A stretch of 64,000 bases of DNA from an uncultured Candidatus Saccharibacteria bacterium (GCA_964510805.1 CAZEDG010000002.1:7653-71652), one strand, 5' to 3'. Positions 37,187 through 47,816 are shown, counted from the first letter of the stretch. Notes: generated by a model not told the origin, from the letters alone. Translations and numbers: made by a program.

Positions 37187-40100
37187 GACCTAAGGTAAGT
37201 GAAGCGAACACAGAAGAAGATGAAAGCTCGATTACTTTACCTTTACAATCTTTGTCATAGATAATCTCTTCTGCGCGAACTACTTTCTTAAGATCATATA
37301 TTTCTTCATCAGAAAGTTCTATAGAAAGCGCAATTGAATTAACCGTTTCTGAGGAAGAAAGATTATGCTCCTTACGTAACTCTTGTAACCCTCGCTGAAT
37401 CTTACGAATATCACCTTCTCGCTTAAGCGCTTCTGTGATTGTTACATCAAGCACAACATCTTCTTTTTGATTTTTATCATAGAACACTTCCTTTACGTTG
37501 AGCTCTTCTTCAATAAGGAAGATAAGTTCTGGGTCAACTTCTTTGTTAAAAGTAACAGAGCTAAGTGGTTGCTTAACAGAGAGCTTATGTTCTGTACGCT
37601 TCATCAACCCAAGAGAGACAAGCTCTCGCACCTCTTTCATAGAAGCAATAAGTTCTTTATCAATAAATCCCTGCTCTGGCCACTTCTCAAGATGTACTGA
37701 TGCATAATCACCGCGAAGTTCTTGATATGTTCTTTCTGCAAGAAAAGGCAATACTGGGGCAACAGTCTTAGCAAGCGTAAGAAGTACATAACGAAGTGTG
37801 CTGTACGCTTCATACTCATCTTCTTCACCAGTTAAGCCTTTGAGGCGATCACGAGAACGTCTTGTATACCAGATAGAGAGATCGTCAACAATTTGATCAA
37901 TACCCTTGGTTGCTTCGTCTAACTTGTACGCATCATATCCGTCTGTTGCTTCCTTCACAAGCTCATGAACTCTACTTATCATCCATCTATCCAAAGGATT
38001 AGATGATGACGTTCCTGCTTGCACTTGCACGTTACCCATCTTGTAAAGCGCTACCACGTTATCAAATCGCATGATACATCGCTTGTATACTTCATCAAGT
38101 TCTTTATCACTGAAGTTAATCGACTCACCTTTTACAACAGGAGAAGACATGAGGTACAAGCGAAAAGCGTCAGCGCCAAATCTCTCCACAAGAAGCATCG
38201 GATCTGTATAATTATTAAGACTCTTACTCAACTTCTTTCCATCAGATGCATTGATTAGACCATTACAAATCACGTGCTTGTACGGCGCAATATCGAAAAG
38301 TCCTACACCTAAGTTAATAAGTGAATAGAACCATCCTCTTGTCTGATCCATACTCTCAGCAATAAATGTAGCTGGATACGCCTCCTTAAAGAGATCTTTG
38401 TTTTCGAATGGATAATGAATAGAAGCAAAAGGCATAGACCCAGACTCGAACCAACAATCGAATACATCAGAAATTCTTGTATACACTTCTCCACCTACAA
38501 TAAGCTCCACTCCATCGATATAAGGACGATGAAGATTGATTGCGCCAGTTGCGTCACGTGGCACAGAAGCCGGCACAAAACTAATCACTTGACCATTGTG
38601 TACATTAAGCCCCTCTTCTTTGTGCTTATTTGCAATAATCTCTTCGCTTGTTGCAAGCTCTGCTTCATGAATACCCATATATACCATAGAGCCATGTGTC
38701 ACAAAAAGTATCTTCTTGCCTTCATATTTCTCTTCACATGACGCAACCACTTGCATAAATCTATGTGCCCCATCTCTAAATGATTCACCTCCAGGAACTC
38801 TCTCATTAAGATGCTCATGAATACTTCTTATAGAACGAAAAGTTGTCGCGTTCATTGATTCATATTCTCCAAAATGGAACTCTCGCAACCTCTCATCAAC
38901 CACGATAGTTGCCTGTGTTCCTTTTGCAATAATTGCTGAAGTTTCTCTTGTACGAAGAAGTGGTGAAGTGATGATGACATCGACACCAAGCTCTTGTATC
39001 TTATTACCCGCAAGCACTGCTTGCTCAATACCTTTCTCAGTAAGTGTATTAGTCTCATCTCCAAGACTATCCAATCTATCAAGCACATTGAACACCGACT
39101 CGCCGTGACGCATTGCAAAGTAGGTATTCTTAGGTTTCTTGGTTGCACATGAAGCAAGCTCCTTGAGGGAACCAACTACGTGAACCTTACTTCCATCATG
39201 ATTCTTCCACACAGGAAGAGGTGCTCCCCAATACCTCGAACGAGACACCGCCCACTCACGAGCGCCTTCTAACCACTTACCAAATCGTCCATCACGAATA
39301 TGCTCAGGAGTCCATCCGATTGCACTATTTTCTTTGAGAAGCTTTTCTTTCATCTTAGGCACATCAACAAACCATGATGATGTAGCGTAGTTAAGAAGCG
39401 GAGTCTTACATCTCCAACAAAGTGGATATGAGTGCACAATCTTATGCTTCTCAAAAAGTTTTCCATTATGGGCAAGCCATTTAATAATCTCAACATCAGT
39501 TGACTGAGTATCTCCTGCTTTCTTAACCTTAAGCCCTTTAAAATCTTCTACATCATCAGTAAATGTTCCATCCATCTTCACATGCTTGATAACAGGAATA
39601 TTATGTTCCTTTGCAAGTTGCATGTCCTCATCACCAAACGCAGGAGCTTCATGCGCAATACCGGTACCAGCATCTTCGGTAATAAAATCTGCATGCCAAA
39701 TCTTCCAAATGTTTTCTTTGTGTTCAAGTTCTTTATCTTTAAAATACGGAAACAACGGGAGATACTTCTTGCCAACAAGAGTGCTTCCTGGAAATTCACC
39801 AACAATCTCCTTTGATTCGTTATCTTTAAAATATTCTTCGACTTTACTCTTTGCAAGAATATAACACTTCGTGATTCCTTCTTGTGTACTTTTTACTTTT
39901 ACATACACAATATCTTTATGAAGTGCAAGCGCTGTATTACCTGGAAGTGTCCATGGGGTTGTTGTCCACGCAAGCACGTACGTTCCCTTTTCTTCTTCGA
40001 GTTCAAATTCTGCTGTCACAGAAAGATCAGTCACATCAGTATACTCAAGACCAACCTCTGATTGTGCAAGAGGAGTCTCACACCTCGGACAGATATGCAT

Positions 40101-40643
40101 CATCTTGCTTCCTTCATAGGCAAGCTTCTTCTCATAGAGAGACTTCCAGGCAAACCAGATACTCTCCGTATAGGTTGCGTCCATTGTCTTATATGGATGA
40201 CTCATGTCAGCCCATCTTCCAAGACGAGGAATTATTTTTTTCCATTCCTCTTCATACTGAAGCACACTTGCGTATGCATCAGCATTGAACTTATCGATAC
40301 CAAACGCTTCGATGTCTTTTTTGCTTGCAAGACCGAGCTTCTTCTCAATGAGATTCTCAATCGGAAGACCATGACAATCCCACCCCCATACACGACGAAC
40401 CGAATTACCTCTCATTGTCTGATAGCGAGGGATGAGATCCTTCACTGTTCCTGCCATAAGAGAACCATGATGAGGAAGACCTGTTGCAAATGGAGGACCA
40501 TCATAAAAAGAAAAAGTTCCTTGTGGTTCACCTCCTCCCGGCTGTTCGATAGACTTCTCGAAAATATGATTCTCTTCCCAAAAGCGAAGTGCCTTCTCTT
40601 CTTTTTCTGAAACAGAGAGTGGTTTTTGGTTATTGTCTTGCAT
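37176..40643 (-). CDS. ileS: Isoleucyl-tRNA synthetase (IleRS2-type) with an inserted histidine-phosphatase domain
   Basis: YDGPPFATGLPHHG, GWDCHGLP, WTTTPWTLP, SRSRYWG, DQTRGWF, KLSKS; RHGES...VTHG insert. Confidence 0.96.
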   Translation of the reverse strand: MQDNNQKPLSVSEKEEKALRFWEENHIFEKSIEQPGGGEPQGTFSFYDGPPFATGLPHHGSLMAGTVKDLIPRYQTMRGNSVRRVWGWDCHGLPIENLIEKKLGLASKKDIEAFGIDKFNADAYASVLQYEEEWKKIIPRLGRWADMSHPYKTMDATYTESIWFAWKSLYEKKLAYEGSKMMHICPRCETPLAQSEVGLEYTDVTDLSVTAEFELEEEKGTYVLAWTTTPWTLPGNTALALHKDIVYVKVKSTQEGITKCYILAKSKVEEYFKDNESKEIVGEFPGSTLVGKKYLPLFPYFKDKELEHKENIWKIWHADFITEDAGTGIAHEAPAFGDEDMQLAKEHNIPVIKHVKMDGTFTDDVEDFKGLKVKKAGDTQSTDVEIIKWLAHNGKLFEKHKIVHSYPLCWRCKTPLLNYATSSWFVDVPKMKEKLLKENSAIGWTPEHIRDGRFGKWLEGAREWAVSRSRYWGAPLPVWKNHDGSKVHVVGSLKELASCATKKPKNTYFAMRHGESVFNVLDRLDSLGDETNTLTEKGIEQAVLAGNKIQELGVDVIITSPLLRTRETSAIIAKGTQATIVVDERLREFHFGEYESMNATTFRSIRSIHEHLNERVPGGESFRDGAHRFMQVVASCEEKYEGKKILFVTHGSMVYMGIHEAELATSEEIIANKHKEEGLNVHNGQVISFVPASVPRDATGAINLHRPYIDGVELIVGGEVYTRISDVFDCWFESGSMPFASIHYPFENKDLFKEAYPATFIAESMDQTRGWFYSLINLGVGLFDIAPYKHVICNGLINASDGKKLSKSLNNYTDPMLLVERFGADAFRLYLMSSPVVKGESINFSDKELDEVYKRCIMRFDNVVALYKMGNVQVQAGTSSSNPLDRWMISRVHELVKEATDGYDAYKLDEATKGIDQIVDDLSIWYTRRSRDRLKGLTGEEDEYEAYSTLRYVLLTLAKTVAPVLPFLAERTYQELRGDYASVHLEKWPEQGFIDKELIASMKEVRELVSLGLMKRTEHKLSVKQPLSSVTFNKEVDPELIFLIEEELNVKEVFYDKNQKEDVVLDVTITEALKREGDIRKIQRGLQELRKEHNLSSSETVNSIALSIELSDEEIYDLKKVVRAEEIIYDKDCKGKVIELSSSSVFASLTLGHGD

Positions 40644-40664
40644 GGTGTTTGTAGTATCGATAAA

Positions 40665-40858
40665 AATAATAAAGCCCTCACACAAAGACTATCTTTGTGC
40701 AAGGACGAGTGAGATCGTGGTACCACCTTGCTTTACTTCTCTTCGAAGTCTTATTTAGTCGGGTTCTACTTGTCTTACATAGGACTTATGTATTAGTCCT
40801 GTTACAAAAATAGTAAGAGGTTCTTCCCACACCAAGGAGTGATTAGTTCCTTCATCGT
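40665..40858 (-). promoter_or_regulatory. T-box riboswitch upstream of ileS, very short Stem I, AUC specifier
   Basis: GGTGGTACCACG at 40716-40727; GGAACTA-ATC-ACTCC at about 40836-40850. Confidence 0.8.
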
Positions 40859-40921
40859 GTATATATCTTTATACTAACAAAAAGAAAAAAAGACGCAAGC
40901 AGAATCGCCCTGCTTGCGTCT

Positions 40922-41212
40922 TTAGTGGATGATGCCGTCCTTTGAAAGAAAGACAATTACCACTGAATTATCTTCTTCAGATGACGAATAAGAGAGATTG
41001 CCTTTAAGCATTTCTAGCGCCAAACGATCTGCGATATAATGCATAAGCACTTCATCAGGAATCTTTTCAAAAGCTTTGAGACTTCTCATCTTTTCGGAAA
41101 GTCCTTCAAAAGTAAGAGTCTCTTGTTGGTTGCATCTTGCTTTTTCAAGAATTGTACTCAAACTAACAGAGAGACAATGCTCGAGATGCGTTCTTTCTTC
41201 ATCAGTGTTCAT
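40922..41212 (-). CDS. Hypothetical protein
   Basis: ORF directly following 41214-41759. Confidence 0.55.
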   Translation of the reverse strand: MNTDEERTHLEHCLSVSLSTILEKARCNQQETLTFEGLSEKMRSLKAFEKIPDEVLMHYIADRLALEMLKGNLSYSSSEEDNSVVIVFLSKDGIIH

Positions 41213-41213
41213 G

Positions 41214-41759
41214 TTAAGCACCCCCTACCGAAACAAGCTCAAACACTCTGGAAGAATTCTTTACAATCAACCCTTGTCCTTCAAGAGACTCAAGCGCAAG
41301 CAAAGCTTCTTCTTTTGTAAAATTTCTTGCCTTTCCAACTCCCGCAAGGAACACTTCTAGATCAAAAGGTTCTTTGCTCTTCTTGAGTCCTTCGAAGTGA
41401 ACAGTAAGCGCCTCTTCTGCCAAAATAAGAAGCTCATTACTTACTTGATACTCGTAGTAATAAGGATTGTCTTTGGGCTCATCTCTAGAGCGTCGAATCT
41501 TGCCATCTTCAAGGAGATGTGCAATAGCATTAAGAACAAAGTCGTACCGCACCGGTGAATTTCTCACAAAACGAAAATGCTCTTTGAGTGCATCTTCAAT
41601 CTCTGGCGCAGTCCAGTCTTTTCCAGATCTTTTATGCTTTGCAAAAATATCAAGAATAGCTCCTTCGAGCTCTTCTTGTTGTTCTTTTCTTGAGACAAAC
41701 CTCCATCCAAGAAAACAAGAAAAGATGATACACATAAGAGCAACCATAACAACTTTCAT
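41214..41759 (-). CDS. Hypothetical membrane-anchored protein (possible winged-helix-like repeats)
   Basis: GGAGG RBS; N-terminal TM. Confidence 0.6.
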   Translation of the reverse strand: MKVVMVALMCIIFSCFLGWRFVSRKEQQEELEGAILDIFAKHKRSGKDWTAPEIEDALKEHFRFVRNSPVRYDFVLNAIAHLLEDGKIRRSRDEPKDNPYYYEYQVSNELLILAEEALTVHFEGLKKSKEPFDLEVFLAGVGKARNFTKEEALLALESLEGQGLIVKNSSRVFELVSVGGA

Positions 41760-41855
41760 ACACGAACCTCCATATAGTTAATAATCATCTTCATACGATA
41801 CTACACCAAAAGAAACGATTGGTCTAGAACCAAATTAAACTGAATCAAATCATTG

Positions 41856-43556
41856 TTACATCCTCTCTGGTTGATCTATACCAAGCACATAAAGACCGTG
41901 TGCAAGAATTTGTTTTGTAGCACTGGCAAGCATAACATAGTAACGACTTGTATCAACTGATTCTTGGTTAACAATTTGTACTCGTGCATACATACTATTG
42001 AACACTCTAGTAAGGAGAAGCAAGTGTTGCACAATATGCTGAGGACCAAGGTCTGTATACGCTCTCTTAAGCACTTCACTGTATCCGATAATCACCTTCT
42101 CAAGTTCTGCTTCAGGATGATCAACAACATATCCGTGTTCAAAATCAATCTGTGCTTCTTCTGCTTTATCAAGAAGTGCACACAATCTTGCGTGGGTGTA
42201 TTGCAAGTATGGACCAGAGTCGCCTTCAAAAGAAATTGATTTTTCGAAATCAAATATAATATCTTTCCCTGGAGCAATTTTAAGAATAGAAAACTTAATC
42301 GCCCCAACCGCAATAGAAGTAAGAAGCTCTTCTTTTTTTGCATCAGGAACTCTCATGTCTTCTATCTTACTTCGAACATGTTCTCGTATCTCATTAAGAA
42401 GCTCTTCGCCTCCGATCACATTTCCTGTTCGTGATGACATCTTGCCACTTGTAAGTCGAAGCATGCCGTGACTTACATGGGTAAGTTTACCAACAAGATC
42501 AGTATGAATTTTTTCTGCAACTGTGTTGATCACTTTGAAATATTCTTTTTGTTCACTTGCAGTAATCACAACATAGTGAGATGCCTCCGGAAGAAGCTTG
42601 AGCTTCTTTTCATAATTACCAAGTTCTTTTGCTTCATAGGTTGGAAGACCTTCCTTGTTCACAAACACACGTGTGTGTAGTCCGTCCTGTTCACCTTTAT
42701 AGACAATCGCCCCTTCTGATTCTTCGAAGACACCACGCGCAAGATACTCGCGAACAAGAGTAAGTCCAGGGTCTGCAACTTCTGATTCATAAATAAAAGC
42801 ATCAAATGTTGTCCCAAGATTCTTATACAAAGAAGCAAAGTACGCAAGCGAAAGCTCTCTTCCCTCTCTATACACCTCCATGACAGAAGCATCGGTTCCT
42901 CCATAGATCGCTTTGTTAACTTCTATGATTTCTTTTTTTGCTTCGTCACTCTTCTCGAACTGTTCGTTGGCGTACGCATAACACTTACCTAAGAATGCAA
43001 CTTTTTCTTGAAGTGTTGCAGACGAAGTAGGTTTTTCGCTTTCCTTTTGTATCACACCCCAAACACCCATCGCAACATTACGACCGATATCAGATGGATA
43101 ACATACTCGTGTAACATCATATCCATACATCTCATAGATACGAGAAATAGATTCACCAATTGCATTTGCCATCAAATGACCAATATGGAACACCTTGAAA
43201 CAGTTAGGGTCAGTATACTCAACAAGCGCTTGTTCATTGCGCAGTGGTCTTCGTATTCCGTACATTGCAATATCTTCTACCTCATCAGTACGCACATCAC
43301 TTTTTAAATACAAGTTAATAAAGCCAGGGCCAGCGACTTCGATTTTTTCAACAACGGTATCTAATTTTTCTCTAAGAGTCGCCACAAGTTCCTCTGCGCA
43401 CACTTTTGGGCTTACATTCTTTTTCTTAGCAAATGGAAAAGCAATGTTTGTTGCATAATCACCATGAGCAAGTTCCTCTGGTTGAGTAAGCGAAAAAGAA
43501 ACCCCTTCTCCCGCGATTTCTTGTAACACACTTATAATCGTATCGTATGCATTCAT
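41856..43556 (-). CDS. argS: Arginyl-tRNA synthetase
   Basis: HGDYATNIA, AGPGFIN, FHIGH, GKMSSRTG, GDSGPYLQYTHAR, C-terminal PERM. Confidence 0.97.
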   Translation of the reverse strand: MNAYDTIISVLQEIAGEGVSFSLTQPEELAHGDYATNIAFPFAKKKNVSPKVCAEELVATLREKLDTVVEKIEVAGPGFINLYLKSDVRTDEVEDIAMYGIRRPLRNEQALVEYTDPNCFKVFHIGHLMANAIGESISRIYEMYGYDVTRVCYPSDIGRNVAMGVWGVIQKESEKPTSSATLQEKVAFLGKCYAYANEQFEKSDEAKKEIIEVNKAIYGGTDASVMEVYREGRELSLAYFASLYKNLGTTFDAFIYESEVADPGLTLVREYLARGVFEESEGAIVYKGEQDGLHTRVFVNKEGLPTYEAKELGNYEKKLKLLPEASHYVVITASEQKEYFKVINTVAEKIHTDLVGKLTHVSHGMLRLTSGKMSSRTGNVIGGEELLNEIREHVRSKIEDMRVPDAKKEELLTSIAVGAIKFSILKIAPGKDIIFDFEKSISFEGDSGPYLQYTHARLCALLDKAEEAQIDFEHGYVVDHPEAELEKVIIGYSEVLKRAYTDLGPQHIVQHLLLLTRVFNSMYARVQIVNQESVDTSRYYVMLASATKQILAHGLYVLGIDQPERM

Positions 43557-43661
43557 TTCTCTATACTACCGTATTTTAAGAAAGAATAAAACTTTCTCTA
43601 AATACTTCTGTATAGTAGAATAGACCTGGATTCCATACATGAGCAAACTGGAGAATAAAGA

Positions 43662-44240
43662 ATGATCGACTCAAAACGTATCGCACTTATTGGTGCACAC
43701 ACCAAGGACTCATTGTCTTACGGGCTTGGTAATGGTATGCCATGGCCTCGTGGAGCACTTAAGAAAGACATGCTTGAGAGATTCAAGCCAATCACTTTAG
43801 GTGCACCAGAAGGCAAAAAAAATCTTCTCATTGCCGGCAATAGCACCTTCGTTGCTATGGGAGGGAAACCTCTCCCAGGAAGATACATGATTGGTGTATC
43901 AAGAAAGGTGGAAGAACCTGTTACGCTTCCTAGCGGTGCAGTACTTGTACCCAGTTTTGGAGAAGCGCTTCGTTATGCGGAAACACTCACAGATCTACAC
44001 AAAGTATTCTTTATCGGAGGAAAAAGCTCTTGGGAAGAAGGGTTCCGTCACGCATCAGAAGCATTCATCACCGTTGTTCATAAAGAAGTAGAACGAGATG
44101 ATCTTATCACACTCGACCAGTCACTTGAGGTAATGGCAAAAGCTTCTGGATTTGTCATGATAAGCCAAGAACATACAGTTGATGAATGGGGTGGACCAGT
44201 GCGAGTTGATTTCCTAGAATATTTTAAAGACAGGAGTTAG
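43662..44240 (+). CDS. folA: Dihydrofolate reductase (divergent)
   Basis: GNGMPW...D...F, KPLPGR, FFIGG. Confidence 0.85.
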   Translation: MIDSKRIALIGAHTKDSLSYGLGNGMPWPRGALKKDMLERFKPITLGAPEGKKNLLIAGNSTFVAMGGKPLPGRYMIGVSRKVEEPVTLPSGAVLVPSFGEALRYAETLTDLHKVFFIGGKSSWEEGFRHASEAFITVVHKEVERDDLITLDQSLEVMAKASGFVMISQEHTVDEWGGPVRVDFLEYFKDRS

Positions 44241-44267
44241 AAGAAGCGAGGCAATGCCTCGCTTTAT

Positions 44268-44687
44268 TTATTTCCCTGTACTTCCAAAACCCCCTTCTCC
44301 ACGCACAGTGTCGCTTAATTCATCAACTTCGATCACGTCACATAACTCCACTTTTTGAATAAGCATTTGGGCAACTTTTTGACCATGAAGAAATGTATAT
44401 GACTCATGAGTAAGGTTATGCATGATTACCTGAACCTCTCCACGATACCCGGCATCCACAACACCACCAAGAGTCTTTAGTCCTTTTGAACCAATTGATG
44501 ACTTATCCCAAATAAGTCCAACATACCCGACTTCCATTTCTAGCGCAACACCAACAGGAATCTTTTTTGTCTCCCCTCCTTGGATTACATGACTACCATA
44601 TGCATAGAGATCAATCCCTGCATCCTCCTTGTGCGCACGAGTTGGAATCACCGCATCTCTATAGAGTTTTTTTATCTGTAGTTTCAT
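44268..44687 (-). CDS. dut: dUTP diphosphatase
   Basis: AGIDL, GVVDAGYRGE, VAQM, RGEGGFGSTG. Confidence 0.96.
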   Translation of the reverse strand: MKLQIKKLYRDAVIPTRAHKEDAGIDLYAYGSHVIQGGETKKIPVGVALEMEVGYVGLIWDKSSIGSKGLKTLGGVVDAGYRGEVQVIMHNLTHESYTFLHGQKVAQMLIQKVELCDVIEVDELSDTVRGEGGFGSTGK

Positions 44688-44803
44688 TATCTATAATTGT
44701 AGCACAAGGTGATTCACTATATTTTGACAAAACCTATCAAAAACGTAGAATGACGCTAGACCTCAATTGGGGAGCAGTACTATTTAACAACAAGGAGTAT
44801 CGT

Positions 44804-45274
44804 ATGCAAGATCTCAGCAATACTCGCTCAAGCGAGATGCGTGAACGAATGGTCTTACTTCAGGAAAATGGCTGGTGTCTTTTCTGTCAGCAAGGTTTTA
44901 CGCTCATGAAAAAAACAAAACTCCATGATGGAAAGCATTGGTATGTGACCGTAAATGACGCTGCCTACCAAGGAGCAACTACTCATGTTATGGCGGTACC
45001 CAATCGACACATAACAGACCCTGTAGAGATGACAACCGAGGAGCTCGTAGAGCTTTTTCAGGTCGTGGTTCCATGGCTCCGTAAAGAACTTAACATGAGA
45101 GGTCTGAGTGGACTATTTCGTTTTGGTGACACTAAACGAACCGGCTCAACCATTCATCATCTTCACTTTCACTTTGTTGAAGGTGAGGAGCGTGTTGATC
45201 ACAACCATCCACCAGTTTGGGCTGTTGTCGGCTTTCAGACTGGATATGAACCACCCCCTCAAGGAGAACTTTGA
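44804..45274 (+). CDS. HIT-family nucleotide hydrolase
   Basis: AAGGAG RBS; CLFC, HVMAVPNRH, HHLHFH; TGATG overlap with thyA. Confidence 0.88.
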   Translation: MQDLSNTRSSEMRERMVLLQENGWCLFCQQGFTLMKKTKLHDGKHWYVTVNDAAYQGATTHVMAVPNRHITDPVEMTTEELVELFQVVVPWLRKELNMRGLSGLFRFGDTKRTGSTIHHLHFHFVEGEERVDHNHPPVWAVVGFQTGYEPPPQGEL

Positions 45275-46188
45275 TGATTGATCTCGGTTATATTTCGTAC
45301 CTTCCTCCTCATGAGCGGAAGATTGATACTCAGTACTACGACCTGATGAAAGAGGTATACCTTCACGGAAAAATCGTGAAACCGATTCAGGGTGGCGAAG
45401 CACGAATGGTTGCCGGAGCGCAACACCATTACCGCGCAGAGAATGGGTTCATCATGGAAACCATGAGAGACCTATCTGGCTCACTTATTGGATCACTTGC
45501 TGAACATATGGGTTTCTTGAATGGATGCGAAACATTAGAAGAACTTGTTGCGTTCGGTATGCCGCGTGTCTGGTGGGAGCGTTGGGTGACTGCTCAAAAA
45601 TGTGCAGACTTTAACCTCCCTTCAGGAAGCCTCGGAACTGCTTCATACGGCCCCGTCTGGACGAAAATGCCAACTCGTGATGGTGGCACCTTCAACCAGG
45701 TTGACGCACTACAAGACGGCATCAAAGCACGGCCTCATTTGAGAACATGGAGACTTTCTCCGTGGTTTGCTCCTGAAGTCATTGGACCGTTCGGAACCCG
45801 TCGAGTTGTGGTTGCACCGTGTCATGGAGAAATCCACGCACTTGCTGATCCTTTAACGAAGGAACTAACCATTCATCACTGGCAACGAAGTGGTGATCTA
45901 CCTGTTGGGGTGAAGTTCAACCGAATGCAGTACTTTGCATTCGGGATGATGCTTGCGAAGATTATGGGGTATAAGTTCGTTGAACTTATCTATACCTTCT
46001 CAGATGCTCACATCTATGAAGAACAGTACCCGTATGTAGAAGAACTACTCTCGCGTGAACCCAGGATTTATCCGACGGTAACGATCGAAGCTAATCATGA
46101 GCGTTTGCAACAATTCCGTCCAAGAGATTTCAAACTCGGTGATGACTACAACCCTCATCCGAAAATGAATATTCCAACACCTACTTGA
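45274..46188 (+). CDS. thyA: Thymidylate synthase
   Basis: APCHG, QRSGDLPVGVKFN, DAHIY. Confidence 0.9.
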   Translation: MIDLGYISYLPPHERKIDTQYYDLMKEVYLHGKIVKPIQGGEARMVAGAQHHYRAENGFIMETMRDLSGSLIGSLAEHMGFLNGCETLEELVAFGMPRVWWERWVTAQKCADFNLPSGSLGTASYGPVWTKMPTRDGGTFNQVDALQDGIKARPHLRTWRLSPWFAPEVIGPFGTRRVVVAPCHGEIHALADPLTKELTIHHWQRSGDLPVGVKFNRMQYFAFGMMLAKIMGYKFVELIYTFSDAHIYEEQYPYVEELLSREPRIYPTVTIEANHERLQQFRPRDFKLGDDYNPHPKMNIPTPT

Positions 46189-46297
46189 AGAATCTTTTAG
46201 TAATCTGTAAAAGATAACAAGACCCCCAACCATTCGGTTGGGGGTCTATTTTATATAAAAGAAAAATCGGCGCATGCGCCGATTTCATGTTGCCGAG

Positions 46298-47131
46298 CTA
46301 CAATTCGACATATATTAATTCAACACCATGGGAACGAAGGGTTTTCTGACCATTCAGATTCGAATAACCGCCCGTAAAAAAAACTTTCCTGAACCCAGCA
46401 ACAACAACGGGTGGTGCGCACAAGTTACAAGGGAATGTAGTTACGTAAAGCTCAGCACCTTCAAGCGAAATACCACGTTTTGCAGCTTCCGCAATAAGCG
46501 CTTGCTCACCATGAAGTGCACTTGTCACTTCAATGAACTCACCAGGCTTGAAACTGTCCCTCGGATCACCATCCATATATGGGACGTATTCATGTGGGTA
46601 ATGCTTGTTATAAGCAACCAAACAAACATTATCTGAAGTGATTGCCATTGCTCCAACCTGTCGCCACCAATCAGAGCTTCGCCTTGCAAGGCGAAGCAAG
46701 TTTTGCATACAAATACTGCAATGAGCATACTCCGGATCTCCTTTTCGTACAACACGATCAGCTTCCGGTTGTACAAAACCAACCGCTGAGGATTTACTCC
46801 AATCCCAGCGAAGAAATGCACTTCCCCAAATTACTTCTCTGGTAAAAGAAAGACTTCTTGTAACATCGTCTTCTGGTACATAAATCTGAGTTTCATGCGG
46901 AAACTGGTTTTCATGAAAATCAGAAAAAGGTAATACCTTGTACCCGAGAGGAGCCAAGCATACAGCAAGCTCTTTTAGGTCAAGTGAGCGTATTTCTCGT
47001 ACAAGATGAGGAAAGCTGGGCACGTCAGATGCTTGCACAATATAGATTGTGTCAGAATTAGTTGATGCAAGATAATCGAGATACCCGCGATGAATCACGG
47101 GCATATAAGCAATTACAATATTTTTGCTCAT
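46298..47131 (-). CDS. dCMP deaminase-family protein with an extra N-terminal domain
   Basis: HGE and FPCNLC Zn motifs; N-terminal PVIHRGY. Confidence 0.85.
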   Translation of the reverse strand: MSKNIVIAYMPVIHRGYLDYLASTNSDTIYIVQASDVPSFPHLVREIRSLDLKELAVCLAPLGYKVLPFSDFHENQFPHETQIYVPEDDVTRSLSFTREVIWGSAFLRWDWSKSSAVGFVQPEADRVVRKGDPEYAHCSICMQNLLRLARRSSDWWRQVGAMAITSDNVCLVAYNKHYPHEYVPYMDGDPRDSFKPGEFIEVTSALHGEQALIAEAAKRGISLEGAELYVTTFPCNLCAPPVVVAGFRKVFFTGGYSNLNGQKTLRSHGVELIYVEL

Positions 47132-47141
47132 ACCAAACCTT

Positions 47142-47816
47142 TCAACTCTTATTTAGACCTTCAATATGAGTTTCCGCAAGCACGTGCAGTTCTTGTGGTA
47201 AACCGGAAAGAAGTTGGGCGACCTGCACAACTTTTTCTTCAACAAGTTTGGTGACTGATTTTGCAAGTGGGGTAGCGCCATCGATTGCGAGCAAACGAAT
47301 GCGAGCGCTACTAGATGTTTCGGCTTGCGGAAGAAACACTTTGATACGTCCTACGTGTTGAGCAATAACATCGCGCTGTTCTGCAGAAATATCCCCCGTA
47401 CTTGTTGAGAGGATGCACACATCTGGATGTAACGCCTTATTGATATATTCCTTGTCTTTTGTGTGCTCATCAAGATCGCGAACGATCACGATATCAGCAG
47501 ACACCAAATGGCACACCATTTGGATACGTTCACTTTCAGGCACCACCGGACGACTTGGTCCTTTACGATGCTTTACCAGCTGATCAGAATCAACCACCAC
47601 AACTAAGATCTGACACTCTGCTTTTGCAAGGCGCAAGTACCTGGCATGACCGAGATGGATAAGGTCCCAAACACCACCCACTACACCAACTTCATATCCA
47701 GCAGACTTCAATTGAGCAACCAATGCCACAGCGTCAGTAAAATTCAAATAACGCCTTTCTGGAGAGCATTGAGGTGAAAGAATTTCCCTCATTGTGACAC
47801 CAACAGCTTGTTCCAT
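47142..47816 (-). CDS. Cytidylyltransferase-like (RfaE/TagD-type) nucleotidyltransferase
   Basis: GVWDLIHLGH, KGPSRP, ETSSS. Confidence 0.85.
   Translation of the reverse strand: MEQAVGVTMREILSPQCSPERRYLNFTDAVALVAQLKSAGYEVGVVGGVWDLIHLGHARYLRLAKAECQILVVVVDSDQLVKHRKGPSRPVVPESERIQMVCHLVSADIVIVRDLDEHTKDKEYINKALHPDVCILSTSTGDISAEQRDVIAQHVGRIKVFLPQAETSSSARIRLLAIDGATPLAKSVTKLVEEKVVQVAQLLSGLPQELHVLAETHIEGLNKS

Noticed and set aside
44567-44803. Long N-terminus of the HIT ORF
   Set aside because: Overlaps dut on the opposite strand; the RBS supports ATG 44804.
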